Shown here: positions 19,625 to 29,914 of the stretch, one piece after another
Numbering within the stretch: position 1 is the stretch's first letter
Layout: each line of letters opens with the position of its first letter
Assembly: GCA_963681965.1 (NCBI GenBank)
Contig: OY820579.1
Span: forward strand, 2,080,001 to 2,144,000
DNA from: a bacterium
Lineage (GTDB): Bacteria; Electryoneota; JAOADG01
DNA: 64,000 bases
Direction: 5' to 3'
Made by a program: the position numbers and the translations under genes
The notes under the pieces: generated by a model
Database searches by the model: none
What the model was told of the DNA's origin: nothing
The model's input: only the letters and a program-made list of their open reading frames with translations

Positions 19625-20418
19625 ACAATTTCACTCGCTTCGTCGATTGCTTCCTGCCATAGCGTACATTCGGCGTTCGGCAATCGCTCGCGACAGACGT
19701 CGAAATATTCTTCATTCATTTCCATACCGATAAAGCAGTGTCCCAAACTCGTCGCGGCGACACCGGTTGTTCCCGAACCCATGAATGGATCGAGTACAAT
19801 CCAAGGTGCAGTATATACTTCACCGAAACCACGCGGCGGAGTCGACTTTCCAATCAGGACTTTGAGGAGGTCTATCGGTTTTTCGGTCGGGTGACGCAAT
19901 TTGACTGAGGCGATTCGCGGCACTTCAATCACATTCGAAATACGAGGTGGTTCGAGGAATCGGCGTCCTTTCGATGCGAAGATGATCCATTCGTCCTGAG
20001 GTGCGTAATCGCCGCGCAAATCGCCGCTGCCGTGATTATCCTTCACCCAGACCAGCGTCCGCTTCATCGTGAAGCCTGCCGCTTTTATCGCATGGAAGAA
20101 ATCCGGGTAAGTATCCCACCGGCAGAAACAGTACATGTGCCGATTGTCTTTCAGTAAATCGTACGCTTTCGCACAAAAACCGGGAATCCAAGATGTATCG
20201 TCGTCGAGTGCAATCCGGTTGTATTTCGGGAGTACTTCGCGGCGATTGGATCGATAATTGATTGCATAGGGAGGATCGGTGACGATGACATCCACCGAAC
20301 TATTGGGTAACGACTCGAGGATTTCTCGATTGTCGCCGAGAAAGATTTTACTCTTCGCTAGTGCTTCGTTCACCAGTTCCGAACTTACTACTTCTGGGAT
20401 GTCCGGTGTTCGTGCCAT
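19621..20418 (-). CDS. Beta-class N4/N6 DNA methyltransferase (orphan)
   Basis: VTDPPY catalytic motif precedes HPTEKP and LDPFMGSGTT SAM-binding motif. Confidence 0.9.
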   Translation of the reverse strand: MARTPDIPEVVSSELVNEALAKSKIFLGDNREILESLPNSSVDVIVTDPPYAINYRSNRREVLPKYNRIALDDDTSWIPGFCAKAYDLLKDNRHMYCFCRWDTYPDFFHAIKAAGFTMKRTLVWVKDNHGSGDLRGDYAPQDEWIIFASKGRRFLEPPRISNVIEVPRIASVKLRHPTEKPIDLLKVLIGKSTPPRGFGEVYTAPWIVLDPFMGSGTTGVAATSLGHCFIGMEMNEEYFDVCRERLPNAECTLWQEAIDEASEIV

Positions 20419-21071
20419 TGCTCCAACATTTGGTGAATTTCGCCGATTTGCTGCTCAACTAGTGCCGTCGAGATTGCAGTTGCAGTGGCTGCCAGCGTTT
20501 GCCAAGGGTCGGTAAAGATCGGATCCTGCCAATAACTGCCGGATTGTCCCCCAATGAGCCAAACCGCTGCACCGCCACCCAAGATATACAACACGGGATG
20601 TTCTGCAGTCGCTCCCAAAATCGTTCCGGCGGAGAATGCCTCCGGTGATGACCCGAATTTGATCTTCGCTAGCTCTGCGGTAACTACTCGCAAGCCGCGC
20701 TGCGACTCGCATTGCCAACCTAATTCCACAATCAATGGCTGCCCGGACGGCTTCAATACGACCGGAGCGTCGGTTACGACAACTGCATAATCTTCGTCTA
20801 TAGTGTACGAATCGCGCCTCTCTCCTGTCAAGTGAAATCGCGTCGGTTTGATTTCTCCCGGCGACTGAATCGTGATTTCTTCAGGAAATTCGGGCTTTGG
20901 CAGGCAAATCCGACAATCTTCGACGCCCTCGAGAGGTGTGATCGCATCGGCTAACGGATGAGTCTCAGTCGCAGTTGTTGTGGGAATAGCAATCTTTTCG
21001 CCGGCTTTGGGAAAGTACGGCAGTCGCCATTGCCACGTCCAATTTGAGCGCGCGACAATCAGCCGTTTCAC
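20388..21071 (-). CDS. Hypothetical protein
   Basis: 227-aa ORF overlapping both neighbours in the operon; no recognised motif. Confidence 0.6.
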   Translation of the reverse strand: MKRLIVARSNWTWQWRLPYFPKAGEKIAIPTTTATETHPLADAITPLEGVEDCRICLPKPEFPEEITIQSPGEIKPTRFHLTGERRDSYTIDEDYAVVVTDAPVVLKPSGQPLIVELGWQCESQRGLRVVTAELAKIKFGSSPEAFSAGTILGATAEHPVLYILGGGAAVWLIGGQSGSYWQDPIFTDPWQTLAATATAISTALVEQQIGEIHQMLEQWHEHRTSQK

Positions 21072-22774
21072 GGTTGATCCTCGGTCGAATCCGGCGCCAC
21101 GATCGAGAACCGTTTCGTCAGATTTTGATCGATCATCTTCCGTCCGATCTCTTGGGCATCGCGTTTCCGGGCGAAGTGACCGACGCGCATCCGGATCTTC
21201 CCGTCGCGTTTCAGTTCACGGTAGAGATAAGCCGCAAAACCGTTCTCCTGCAGCATATTCAATTCCTGATTCGCTTGCTTCAGAGTGCTCCGTTCACCTA
21301 AATCGAGTGTGAATTTTAGCGATGGAAGTCGTACCGGTTCCGGCATCGAAGCCTCTGGCGACAATTCCGGTGATGTCGAGATTGTATCTGTCACATACTT
21401 TACTAGCCCGAGTACGCTAAATCCTGCAACCACGACTGCTGCTAAAATCACCAGTGTTACGACCATATTCTTCGCGTTATCGCGCGAGAAACTGAATCGT
21501 TTCGGCGGTTTGCTCGGTCGTTTCGGAACCGGAGCTGCTTCTTCGCGTTGCCGGGTGGCACTGGTATATATCGGTAGCGGTGGCAGCTTCGGAGGGGTAT
21601 ACGAATAGCTGGGTCGAGCCGGTTGCGGCGGCAATTCGAATTTAGTAACTGATGGTAGTCTCGGTTCGATTCGTGGAATCGGTGGAACCTGAATTTCTGG
21701 CTCAGGTGAAGGTGGTTCGGGAATCGGTTCTGGTTCCGGCTCCTTTGCGATTGGTGCTTCAGGCAATTCCAGAGCTTCTTGTACTTCTTCTGTTACTTCT
21801 GATACTTCCGGTTCCGGCAATTCGGCATGATAATCGATTGCAACATCGTGATCGGCAAGTTCATGCGCGATCAGATCGGCGGTGATTTCATGAATCGGCT
21901 CGTCAATCAATTGCGTCGGATGAATCTCTTCTTCAACTACACCAGTTGGTTCCGATGGTAAGAGTATTGGTTCTGGTGCCGGAACGATCGGTTCGGTCGG
22001 CGGTTGGGGAGTTGCTGATGGTGGTGGAACTGGTTCGCGACGTTTACCCTTGGCAATAATCTGCTGCCATTTATCCAAATCGTACTTGAAAACTTTCGAT
22101 GGTGAGACCGTTTGTTCCGCTTCCAATTCCGATTCTGCGTGGGCCGGTGTTGCTGTTGCAGATTCAACTGGTAAAGGTGCCGTAGTTCGATAGCTGGTCG
22201 CTGGAATTGGTGCTGAGGCGATCTTCGCCGGCAAGATAATACTTGCCGGGTCCTCGATGGGCTGCATTGTTACTGGTTGAGTTGCAGGTTCTGTTGGAAC
22301 GCTAGCTGCAATTGGTTCGACCGTAACAACCGGTTCGATTTCCAATTCTGGTGCATGTTCACCCGTCTCGATACTGGTGATACCCAGCATGGCAAACCAG
22401 GCGTCCTGCAGTGGATCGTTCATCACTGCACGATTGGCAGCCGCCGTATACCAGATGTGCCAGAATCCGTTGCATTCCTTGTGCGTCCAGATCGGTAATT
22501 CGCACATGTTCCAAAGTCGCCGGAGCCGCTTTCGCGAAACGTGCATGTTATCGGCGGCTTTCCGGATCCGTTTCGCAAGGAACTGGCTAAGAAACGGAAA
22601 GATCAGGATTCCACCGAGACTGCAGACGACTGGAGTAACAATGGCTTCGATGTACCACCGCATCCCGCCGATCAACCATCCGACCGGTTGAAACGTAATG
22701 AGGAACGTTACAATCCAGCCCAAGACAAAGCGGAGTAGTCTTCGTTCAATCTCTGTGTAGGGAGCGCGACTCAT
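21068..22774 (-). CDS. Membrane protein with Pro/Glu-rich linker and C-terminal SPOR domain
   Basis: TM helices, long PE-rich region, C-terminal LQENGFAAY...RMRVGHFARKRDA. Confidence 0.7.
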   Translation of the reverse strand: MSRAPYTEIERRLLRFVLGWIVTFLITFQPVGWLIGGMRWYIEAIVTPVVCSLGGILIFPFLSQFLAKRIRKAADNMHVSRKRLRRLWNMCELPIWTHKECNGFWHIWYTAAANRAVMNDPLQDAWFAMLGITSIETGEHAPELEIEPVVTVEPIAASVPTEPATQPVTMQPIEDPASIILPAKIASAPIPATSYRTTAPLPVESATATPAHAESELEAEQTVSPSKVFKYDLDKWQQIIAKGKRREPVPPPSATPQPPTEPIVPAPEPILLPSEPTGVVEEEIHPTQLIDEPIHEITADLIAHELADHDVAIDYHAELPEPEVSEVTEEVQEALELPEAPIAKEPEPEPIPEPPSPEPEIQVPPIPRIEPRLPSVTKFELPPQPARPSYSYTPPKLPPLPIYTSATRQREEAAPVPKRPSKPPKRFSFSRDNAKNMVVTLVILAAVVVAGFSVLGLVKYVTDTISTSPELSPEASMPEPVRLPSLKFTLDLGERSTLKQANQELNMLQENGFAAYLYRELKRDGKIRMRVGHFARKRDAQEIGRKMIDQNLTKRFSIVAPDSTEDQP

Positions 22775-24759
22775 GGTGTGCTCCCTTTCGGTGGTGTTGA
22801 AGTTCCTGTCTTGGTTGTATCTGGAGTCGGAACAAGTACTGTGATCGAATCGGTTTCTCCACCACCCATAACAACACGTTTTGCTGTGAAGCCACTGACA
22901 TTGTCGAAATTAGTCGGTTTGCTGGTTGTTCCGTAAGCAGCTTTCATCACTTCGGCGAAAATCGGTCCGCAGACTTCACCGCCTGTCCAACCTTTGCGAT
23001 TCTTTCCGATTAATGGTCGATTGTCGTCATGTCCGATCCAAATTGCAGCGGTGAAATCGGGAGTAAAGCCGATAAACCAAACATCGCGATTGTCATTCGT
23101 CGTTCCCGTTTTGCCTGCCGCCGGTCCAGCGAATCCGGCTCGCCGCACAGTATTACCAGTTCCACCATCGACCACACCGCGCATCATATCGCGCAACATA
23201 AAGATCTTATTCGGTTCGAGACGGCGTTCGATGAGCGGTTTTTGAGTGTAAATCAGTTTACCGTCGAAGTCGCGAATCGTTTTTACGCCATTCACTTCGC
23301 GCCATTCGCCCAGTCGCCGAATTGTGCCATAGGCACCTGCCATTTCCAATGGGGATACTGCTGTTGCGCCTAATGCTAGCGATAATGTCGGATAGAGATT
23401 GGAAACGATACCGCATTGATGAGCAATTCGTACGACTGAATCCGGGGTTGCATCCATAATCAATCGCACTGCCACGGTATTGAGTGATAACTGCAACGCT
23501 TTCTTCAAAACCAGTTTACCGTGATATTTACCATCGTAATTTTGCGGTCGCCAGATCGTGTCGTCGACCGAAATTGCCAGCGAATCGTCGGTCACTTCGT
23601 CACTTGGCAATTTATTATTCACGATCATTGCCGTCAGATAGACAAACGGCTTGAAACTTGATCCCGGCGGTCGATAACCCGATATCGCACGATTGAATTG
23701 GCTTTCGGAATAATCGCGACCGCCAACCATGGCAAGAATCTCATTTGTCCGCGAATCCAACACGACGGCTGCGCCTTGAAGTGGTTCCGTGGTGGAATAT
23801 TCTTTCTGTTTCGGCGGAAGTAGCGTCTTGTCGAGTTCATCTAATTTCTGGCGGAGAATACGTTGGACATCACCTTGCAGACGGAAGTCGAGCGTCGTAT
23901 TGACCTGCAAACCACCAGCGTACAGTAGATCGAGGGAAAGCATCCCTTCCAGACGATCCATCAAATAATCCTGGAAGTACGCAACACCGGTTGCAGCCGG
24001 ATAACTGGCGCTCAGTTTGATCGAATCCGATAGTGCTTGTTGCGCTTCCTGTTCCGATACCATTCCCGCACTGACCATTTCACCCAGAATGTAGCTCATG
24101 CGCTGTTTCGCACGTTCCGGGTAGCGGAATGGATTCAGCCGCGATGGCGCATTCGGCAATCCTGCCAGCATCGCCGCTTCTGCCAGTGAAAGATCCGAGG
24201 CACGTTTCGCAAAGTAGGCTTGCGATGCCGCTTCGACGCCGTACGCACCTAGTCCGAAATATATCGAATTGCAATAACCTTCGAGGATCTTATCCTTCGA
24301 GAACATTTGCTCCAACTGCATCGCAAGGAATACTTCTTTGATCTTGCGATCCCACGTTTGAGCGAAAGTGAAAAAGAGATTTTTTACCAACTGCTGTGTG
24401 ATGGTTGAACCGCTTTGGACGTGCTTCTTAAAGATTCCCATCCGGATCGAGGCGCGGATGATGGCAATCTTATCGATCCCGGCGTGGAGATAGAAATTCT
24501 TGTCTTCGGCAGCCAATACCGCTTTGCGGAAATAGGGGGAGATTTCGTTGAGATGAACCGGAATACGACCGTCGAGTGAACTCAACCGATGCCCATCCTT
24601 GTCGTAGAATTCGGTCGGCTTGATTGCCGTCAACTGGTTTAGATCGTCCGGCAATCGCGGCAAAGTCGAGGTAAGCCATGCCAATCCTACCGTTCCGACA
24701 AGTAGAATCAGAATTATCACAAGTAACGCTATGGTCCGCAATGTCGAGCGGATTCTCAT
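22771..24759 (-). CDS. Class A penicillin-binding protein (PBP1A family)
   Basis: AEDKNFY.H.G, GSTITQQLVKN, SSFK, SLN, KTG motifs; ATGA overlap start. Confidence 0.93.
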   Translation of the reverse strand: MRIRSTLRTIALLVIILILLVGTVGLAWLTSTLPRLPDDLNQLTAIKPTEFYDKDGHRLSSLDGRIPVHLNEISPYFRKAVLAAEDKNFYLHAGIDKIAIIRASIRMGIFKKHVQSGSTITQQLVKNLFFTFAQTWDRKIKEVFLAMQLEQMFSKDKILEGYCNSIYFGLGAYGVEAASQAYFAKRASDLSLAEAAMLAGLPNAPSRLNPFRYPERAKQRMSYILGEMVSAGMVSEQEAQQALSDSIKLSASYPAATGVAYFQDYLMDRLEGMLSLDLLYAGGLQVNTTLDFRLQGDVQRILRQKLDELDKTLLPPKQKEYSTTEPLQGAAVVLDSRTNEILAMVGGRDYSESQFNRAISGYRPPGSSFKPFVYLTAMIVNNKLPSDEVTDDSLAISVDDTIWRPQNYDGKYHGKLVLKKALQLSLNTVAVRLIMDATPDSVVRIAHQCGIVSNLYPTLSLALGATAVSPLEMAGAYGTIRRLGEWREVNGVKTIRDFDGKLIYTQKPLIERRLEPNKIFMLRDMMRGVVDGGTGNTVRRAGFAGPAAGKTGTTNDNRDVWFIGFTPDFTAAIWIGHDDNRPLIGKNRKGWTGGEVCGPIFAEVMKAAYGTTSKPTNFDNVSGFTAKRVVMGGGETDSITVLVPTPDTTKTGTSTPPKGSTP

Positions 24760-25565
24760 CCACCGGCTCCCAACGTTGAAGCGATCGAGTTGGGAATCAC
24801 ATAACCGATCGAAGTGATGGTGGGTGATTGATATTCCATCCATAGCACCGAATAACTATCGTCGAGTGCATTGATACCATAGCGGAGGATCGGGCGATGC
24901 AATAGAATATCGACGCTCAACATCGACCATGCGACTTTACGATCGGCTGGTTGCAATTTAAGGAAACGTTCATTAAAGGATTTTCCGTCGATCAATCGCA
25001 TTTCAACATTTGATTTCGTCACGGAATCGTTAATGACCTGATTATGCAACATCAACCGATTGGCAATACCGCGCTTCATATTGATCCGCATGACCGGTCT
25101 ATTACTGGCAGTGAGGAATGTCAGTTCTACCCCTTTTTTAGATACAGTAGGTCGAACGCGGTCGGCTTCCGGATTCATTGCAAGTTTTTGCCAGTCGTCG
25201 TTTTCAATAGCGGTTTCGGAAAGAAAACCCGGTAATGAAGTCCAAAGCGTAGCAAATCGTTGAAGCGATAAAGTCGTTGGGCGTCCCCGCTCTGCACGGA
25301 GAAACCATTGCGCCAAATCGCCGCGAACACCATTGGTTACTTCCGGTACTTCGGAGCGACCGGCTGCCAGTTCTTTCTCGACACCGGAAGTCCACGCTTG
25401 TCCCGCAAGCGGACGTTCCGAATTGTGAACGGCTAAATAACGCCCGATGATGCGCTCGATCAGCGAATATTGGATCAACAAAAATGCCGCAAAGATTGCG
25501 ATGAAGATTTTTGTAAAGCCAATTTTCCTTACTGTCGACCCTGGAACATCGAAAGGATTATTCAC
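24756..25565 (-). CDS. Hypothetical membrane-anchored protein
   Basis: One N-terminal TM helix, translationally coupled on both sides. Confidence 0.6.
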   Translation of the reverse strand: MNNPFDVPGSTVRKIGFTKIFIAIFAAFLLIQYSLIERIIGRYLAVHNSERPLAGQAWTSGVEKELAAGRSEVPEVTNGVRGDLAQWFLRAERGRPTTLSLQRFATLWTSLPGFLSETAIENDDWQKLAMNPEADRVRPTVSKKGVELTFLTASNRPVMRINMKRGIANRLMLHNQVINDSVTKSNVEMRLIDGKSFNERFLKLQPADRKVAWSMLSVDILLHRPILRYGINALDDSYSVLWMEYQSPTITSIGYVIPNSIASTLGAGG

Positions 25566-26491
25566 TTAGGTTTCTCCCATTCGATCGCATTACCCCCTCC
25601 ACGCAATCCGTCACGCCACCCCTGCCACGTTGCCACCATGCCTTGCCAACCCTTGCCGCGGATTGCACTTGCCAGATTATATCCCAGAACCCCTAAATCG
25701 GCGAAGTAGTTTTTTCCAAAATGCAAGGTGAATAGCCGTATCTGAGCTGCTGTTCGCTTCCGGTATTTAAATGTCGATCCTGTTACACTAGAACTGACCC
25801 GATGGAATGCCAAAGTACGATGCAAGACGTAACAATTCCCGTGGTAAGTTTTCTTCAATCGCAGCGACAAATCAACATCTTCACAATAGTGAGGAAAGCC
25901 TTGATCGAATCCCCTCAATTCTCTGAAATATCGGGCAGGGAGGAGCATACTGCAAGCGGTTGTATAATCGGTTGCCTCGACACTGCCGTCTTCTTCACCA
26001 ATGTAATTGTGTCTTAATAATTTATGACCAATAAAACCGATGCTGGAAAGAACAATTCCACCCCCAAACCACAATCGATCGGATGGTTCGGCATAGGCAA
26101 TCCATGGCGCGATTGCGACTGCATCCGGATGCAATTCGCCCACAGCCCGCAATTTCTGGATCGTATCGGGAGGATAATAAACATCGTTGTTGCTGAAAAA
26201 CAGCCACCCATTCTGCCAATCTGCTTCCGACCAGCCCTGCCAATCAAGCACTGCATTGTTTCCCCGAGCAAACCCCAAATTATCGGGTAATCGAACCAGT
26301 TCAGCTTCCGGAAATTCCTGCGGTAGACAATCGACCGATCCATCGGTCGAACCGTTGTCGATCACCAGAACTTTATGGTTAATATCGTTTTGTGCAACTA
26401 GTTGCGAGACCGTTTCGGAAAGCGTCTTCGCGCCATTCCAATTCAAGATCACCGAGAGGACCGGTGCACCACGGGGAATACCGTGATTCAC
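25562..26491 (-). CDS. Glycosyltransferase family 2
   Basis: VILNWN, IDNGSTDGS, NLGFARGNN, YCEDVDL; GTG start inferred from overlap. Confidence 0.88.
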   Translation of the reverse strand: MNHGIPRGAPVLSVILNWNGAKTLSETVSQLVAQNDINHKVLVIDNGSTDGSVDCLPQEFPEAELVRLPDNLGFARGNNAVLDWQGWSEADWQNGWLFFSNNDVYYPPDTIQKLRAVGELHPDAVAIAPWIAYAEPSDRLWFGGGIVLSSIGFIGHKLLRHNYIGEEDGSVEATDYTTACSMLLPARYFRELRGFDQGFPHYCEDVDLSLRLKKTYHGNCYVLHRTLAFHRVSSSVTGSTFKYRKRTAAQIRLFTLHFGKNYFADLGVLGYNLASAIRGKGWQGMVATWQGWRDGLRGGGNAIEWEKPK

Positions 26492-27582
26492 AATACCTCG
26501 CGATCCATGGTCGTGGTGAATGATTGCATCCATTCAACCATTGCCGGAAGTTCAACGGATTTAGCCCGCTCCCGAACAACATCGTCGAATAACCACTTGC
26601 GAATGGCAAATGCCAGCAATTTGGCATCGTTGGGGGGGATGATCGCTCCGGTTTTACCCTCGCGGACTAAATCGGGTAGCGATCCGACTCGGGTTACGAC
26701 TGCCGGCAATCCTGCCGCATAGGCGATCGGAAGTATTCCAGTCGAAGTAGCATCTTTATATGGCAAAGCAATTACATCCGCAGCCGCAAAGATTGCCGGA
26801 ACATCGTCATCGGCGACATAGTGGTCGTACCAATACACGCGTCCGGGGAATTGCTTCAGCCGTCGTCGCAATTCGTCCGTATTGGAATAACCTTCACCGG
26901 CAATCAGTAGATTTGTTCCGGTGAGTTCCGGCATCGCAAAGGCATCCAATAACACATCGAGACCTTTGTAATCGCGGATCAAACCGAAAAAGAGAATCGT
27001 CGGACGTTTCTGGTCGAATGGCGCGGCATAAGGTGTGACTTTTTCCTTGAATTTTGCAAGGAACGAGGGATACATCGGCGATGGATGCCACGAGCCTCGA
27101 CCTTTAAAACCAAGTGTTTTGGCACGTTCGAGTTCTGACCGTCCCAGTGTCATGATCCCATCGGCGGATGCAACGACTTTTCGGCTGAGAAACTCACCCA
27201 TCGGAAATGATTCGTGCGGTAATACATTATGTCCGATCAGAATGAACTTTGTCCCTTTGATCCTCATTGATAACCACATCGGAGCAAAGAATGGATGCCA
27301 GTAGGGGATAATGATCGCATCGAATTTTTCACGACGCAACCGTCTTCTAATGCCGAACCATTTCCAAAAGCCGATTGAATCGAGCACGCGTTCACCGATC
27401 TCAAGTGCGTTCGGTTCGGGTCGGAATTGACTGCTGCCGGGAAAGAGAAAAGAGGGGTACATCCGGTGGAAATTCCACACCGTCACGTCATGCTGCTTCT
27501 GCAGATCTAGCAGAATAGCATCGTTTACCGCGGCAATTCCGCCACGGAATGGTGAAGTGGGTCCACACAGCAACAGCTTCAT
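26488..27582 (-). CDS. Glycosyltransferase family 4
   Basis: PFRGGIA, FFGLIRDYKGLD, LPY..ATSTG. Confidence 0.88.
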   Translation of the reverse strand: MKLLLCGPTSPFRGGIAAVNDAILLDLQKQHDVTVWNFHRMYPSFLFPGSSQFRPEPNALEIGERVLDSIGFWKWFGIRRRLRREKFDAIIIPYWHPFFAPMWLSMRIKGTKFILIGHNVLPHESFPMGEFLSRKVVASADGIMTLGRSELERAKTLGFKGRGSWHPSPMYPSFLAKFKEKVTPYAAPFDQKRPTILFFGLIRDYKGLDVLLDAFAMPELTGTNLLIAGEGYSNTDELRRRLKQFPGRVYWYDHYVADDDVPAIFAAADVIALPYKDATSTGILPIAYAAGLPAVVTRVGSLPDLVREGKTGAIIPPNDAKLLAFAIRKWLFDDVVRERAKSVELPAMVEWMQSFTTTMDREVL

Positions 27583-28529
27583 TTTTTGTCGTCCAAATTG
27601 CGAAGCGGAAAACGCTCTTCGCGCTGCTGAGCTGCAAGCATTTCACCCAGCAAACCGAGTGAAATAAGTTGAACGCCGACCAAAATGAAGAGTACCGAGA
27701 AGAGTAATAGTGGACGATTACCCAATGCTTGACCGCAAATTTTTAGAATCGTCAGATAGACTGCGACAAAGAATCCAATACCGCCAATCACTGCACCGAC
27801 ACCACCGAAGATATGCGATGGTCTCCGTAAATATCGCTGGAGGAAAATTACCGTTAGAAAATCCAGCAAACCTTTCAACAGTCGCGATGCGCCGTATTTG
27901 GTCTTACCCCATTTCCGGGCATAATGCTGCACCGGTTTTTCGGTGACACGGAAACCGCGTTGATTTGCCAATACGGGGATATAACGATGCATCTCGCCAT
28001 AGATGCGGATTTCTTTGATTACTTCTCGGCGATAAAGCTTCAAGCCGCAATTAAAGTCATGCAGTCGGATTCCGGCGATTTTGCTGGTTGCCCAATTGAA
28101 TAATTTTGACGGGATGGTTTTCGAAAGTGGGTCGTTGCGCTTGATTTTCCAGCCGGAAATCATGTCCCACCCTTCTTCCAATTTCTCCAATAATCCCGGC
28201 AATTCTTCCGGTGCGTCCTGCAGGTCGGCGTCCATAGTAAAAATGTAATCACCAGCAGCTTGCTCGAAGCCAATTTGTAATGCTGCTGCCTTACCGCAAT
28301 TTTTTCGCAGGGAGAAAACACGAACACGCGGATCGGCTTTTGATATAGCAAGAGCCGTTTCTAGTGAACCGTCGCTCGATCCATCGTCGATCAGCAGCAT
28401 TTCGAAGGTTTTCCCAGTCGTGCTCAGCGCTGATTCTACCCGGTCGTGAAGTTCTTGCAAAGTACCTTGTTCGTTCAGAAAAGGAACGATCACGGTAATT
28501 TCGGGACTGTTCAATTCGGTGGATTTCAT
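27579..28529 (-). CDS. Polyprenol-phosphate glycosyltransferase (GT2, ArnC/DPM1-like)
   Basis: IDDGSSD, MDADLQD, DFNCGLK, HRYIP, two C-terminal TM helices. Confidence 0.88.
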   Translation of the reverse strand: MKSTELNSPEITVIVPFLNEQGTLQELHDRVESALSTTGKTFEMLLIDDGSSDGSLETALAISKADPRVRVFSLRKNCGKAAALQIGFEQAAGDYIFTMDADLQDAPEELPGLLEKLEEGWDMISGWKIKRNDPLSKTIPSKLFNWATSKIAGIRLHDFNCGLKLYRREVIKEIRIYGEMHRYIPVLANQRGFRVTEKPVQHYARKWGKTKYGASRLLKGLLDFLTVIFLQRYLRRPSHIFGGVGAVIGGIGFFVAVYLTILKICGQALGNRPLLLFSVLFILVGVQLISLGLLGEMLAAQQREERFPLRNLDDKK

Positions 28530-29914
28530 TTGCGGATTTCATCCAATTTAAGTTTGACTTCCCGCATCGTGTGGTCTAAGTCGAGTGCGCGCTGCCACGA
28601 TTCAATAGCATCTTCGTCCTCACCCATCGAGTGATAGACATCCCCTAGGTGATCCATAATTTCACCATTGGTAGAATCAAGCCGTGATGCTCGCTTCAAA
28701 TCGTCGATTGCCTGATCGTATTTTCCCTGTCGATATAAGATCCAGCCGCGAGTATCATAATAACTGGCGTTATCCGGTTCTTTCGATACTGCTCGGGTTA
28801 CCATACTAAAAGCGCGATCCAGATCCCGATTTTGGGTAGCTAGCAAATAGGCATAATTGTTCAAAACCAATGCTGCATTCGAATCAAGACTTAACGCCTT
28901 TACATAAGCAAATTCGGCTTCATTGGGCTTATTCAAGGTATGCGATAGAAAACCGAGATCGAGATAAAACGAAAGTCGCGTGGTATCTTCGGCTATCGCC
29001 CGGTGAAGCATCGCAACCGCATCTTCGTACTTCTTCTCATGCTGTAATTTTTGTGCTTTCAAACCGAGTAGATCCGGTGATTTCGGATTCGCAATCAGTC
29101 CCGATTCGATCAATGAATCGATCGTCAATGAATCTGCAGTTAATCCGGCAATCATGATTGCAAAACGCCACCCGCGAGCATCTTTTGGATCGATTAATAT
29201 CGCCCGATCAACCAACTTCTTCCCACCGATTGTATCGCCAGAGGCAATCGCGGCATCGGCAGCGTCGAGCCAACGCTGTACATCGGATGAATCGAGCGAA
29301 GCAAGCTGCAGAAGTACTGCTGCAGCAGCTTTCCAGTCTTTCTCGATGATCAGTAATGCCGAATATCTATCGAGCCATTCTTCGCGAGCACCAAACCGCT
29401 TGATTGCGTCGTGATACATCGATTTCGATCGAAGTCGGTCGCCTAGCAGAAAGTACATTCCAGCGATTTTGGTGATTTGCTCGGGTTTATCTTTGGCTAC
29501 TTCATACCAATGGGTCAGGCATTGATTCAAACCGTATGCGTCGCGTTGAGATACGCAGATGGTACTCTTCATTTCCAGCAGCGTGAAATTGTTCGGATCA
29601 AGATCCAGCGCGCGTTCGATCGTATTTCTTGCCGGTCCGATTTCCCTGACACGAATGTACAATTCAGCCAAAGCCTGAAGAATACTAGAAGAGGAAGTAT
29701 CGTAATCGGCGGCAAGCCGGTAGAGCGAAATTGCCTGCCACACATCGCCCGATGCTTCAGCTGTCGCCGCTCGCAAGACATAGTCGATTGCTTCGGCGGA
29801 CGTAGCTTGCGAAGGTGGTTCGACGATAATCGGTTTCGGTTTTTGCGTACTAGCGCATCCAACCAAAATCGAAAGAAAAATAAATGCAACGGCGAATCGG
29901 ACTAGCTTACTCAA
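28526..29914 (-). CDS. TPR-repeat lipoprotein
   Basis: Lipobox LVGC; LNNYAY, YDTRGW, DHLGDVY TPR motifs; TTG start overlapping rseP stop. Confidence 0.82.
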   Translation of the reverse strand: MSKLVRFAVAFIFLSILVGCASTQKPKPIIVEPPSQATSAEAIDYVLRAATAEASGDVWQAISLYRLAADYDTSSSSILQALAELYIRVREIGPARNTIERALDLDPNNFTLLEMKSTICVSQRDAYGLNQCLTHWYEVAKDKPEQITKIAGMYFLLGDRLRSKSMYHDAIKRFGAREEWLDRYSALLIIEKDWKAAAAVLLQLASLDSSDVQRWLDAADAAIASGDTIGGKKLVDRAILIDPKDARGWRFAIMIAGLTADSLTIDSLIESGLIANPKSPDLLGLKAQKLQHEKKYEDAVAMLHRAIAEDTTRLSFYLDLGFLSHTLNKPNEAEFAYVKALSLDSNAALVLNNYAYLLATQNRDLDRAFSMVTRAVSKEPDNASYYDTRGWILYRQGKYDQAIDDLKRASRLDSTNGEIMDHLGDVYHSMGEDEDAIESWQRALDLDHTMREVKLKLDEIRK

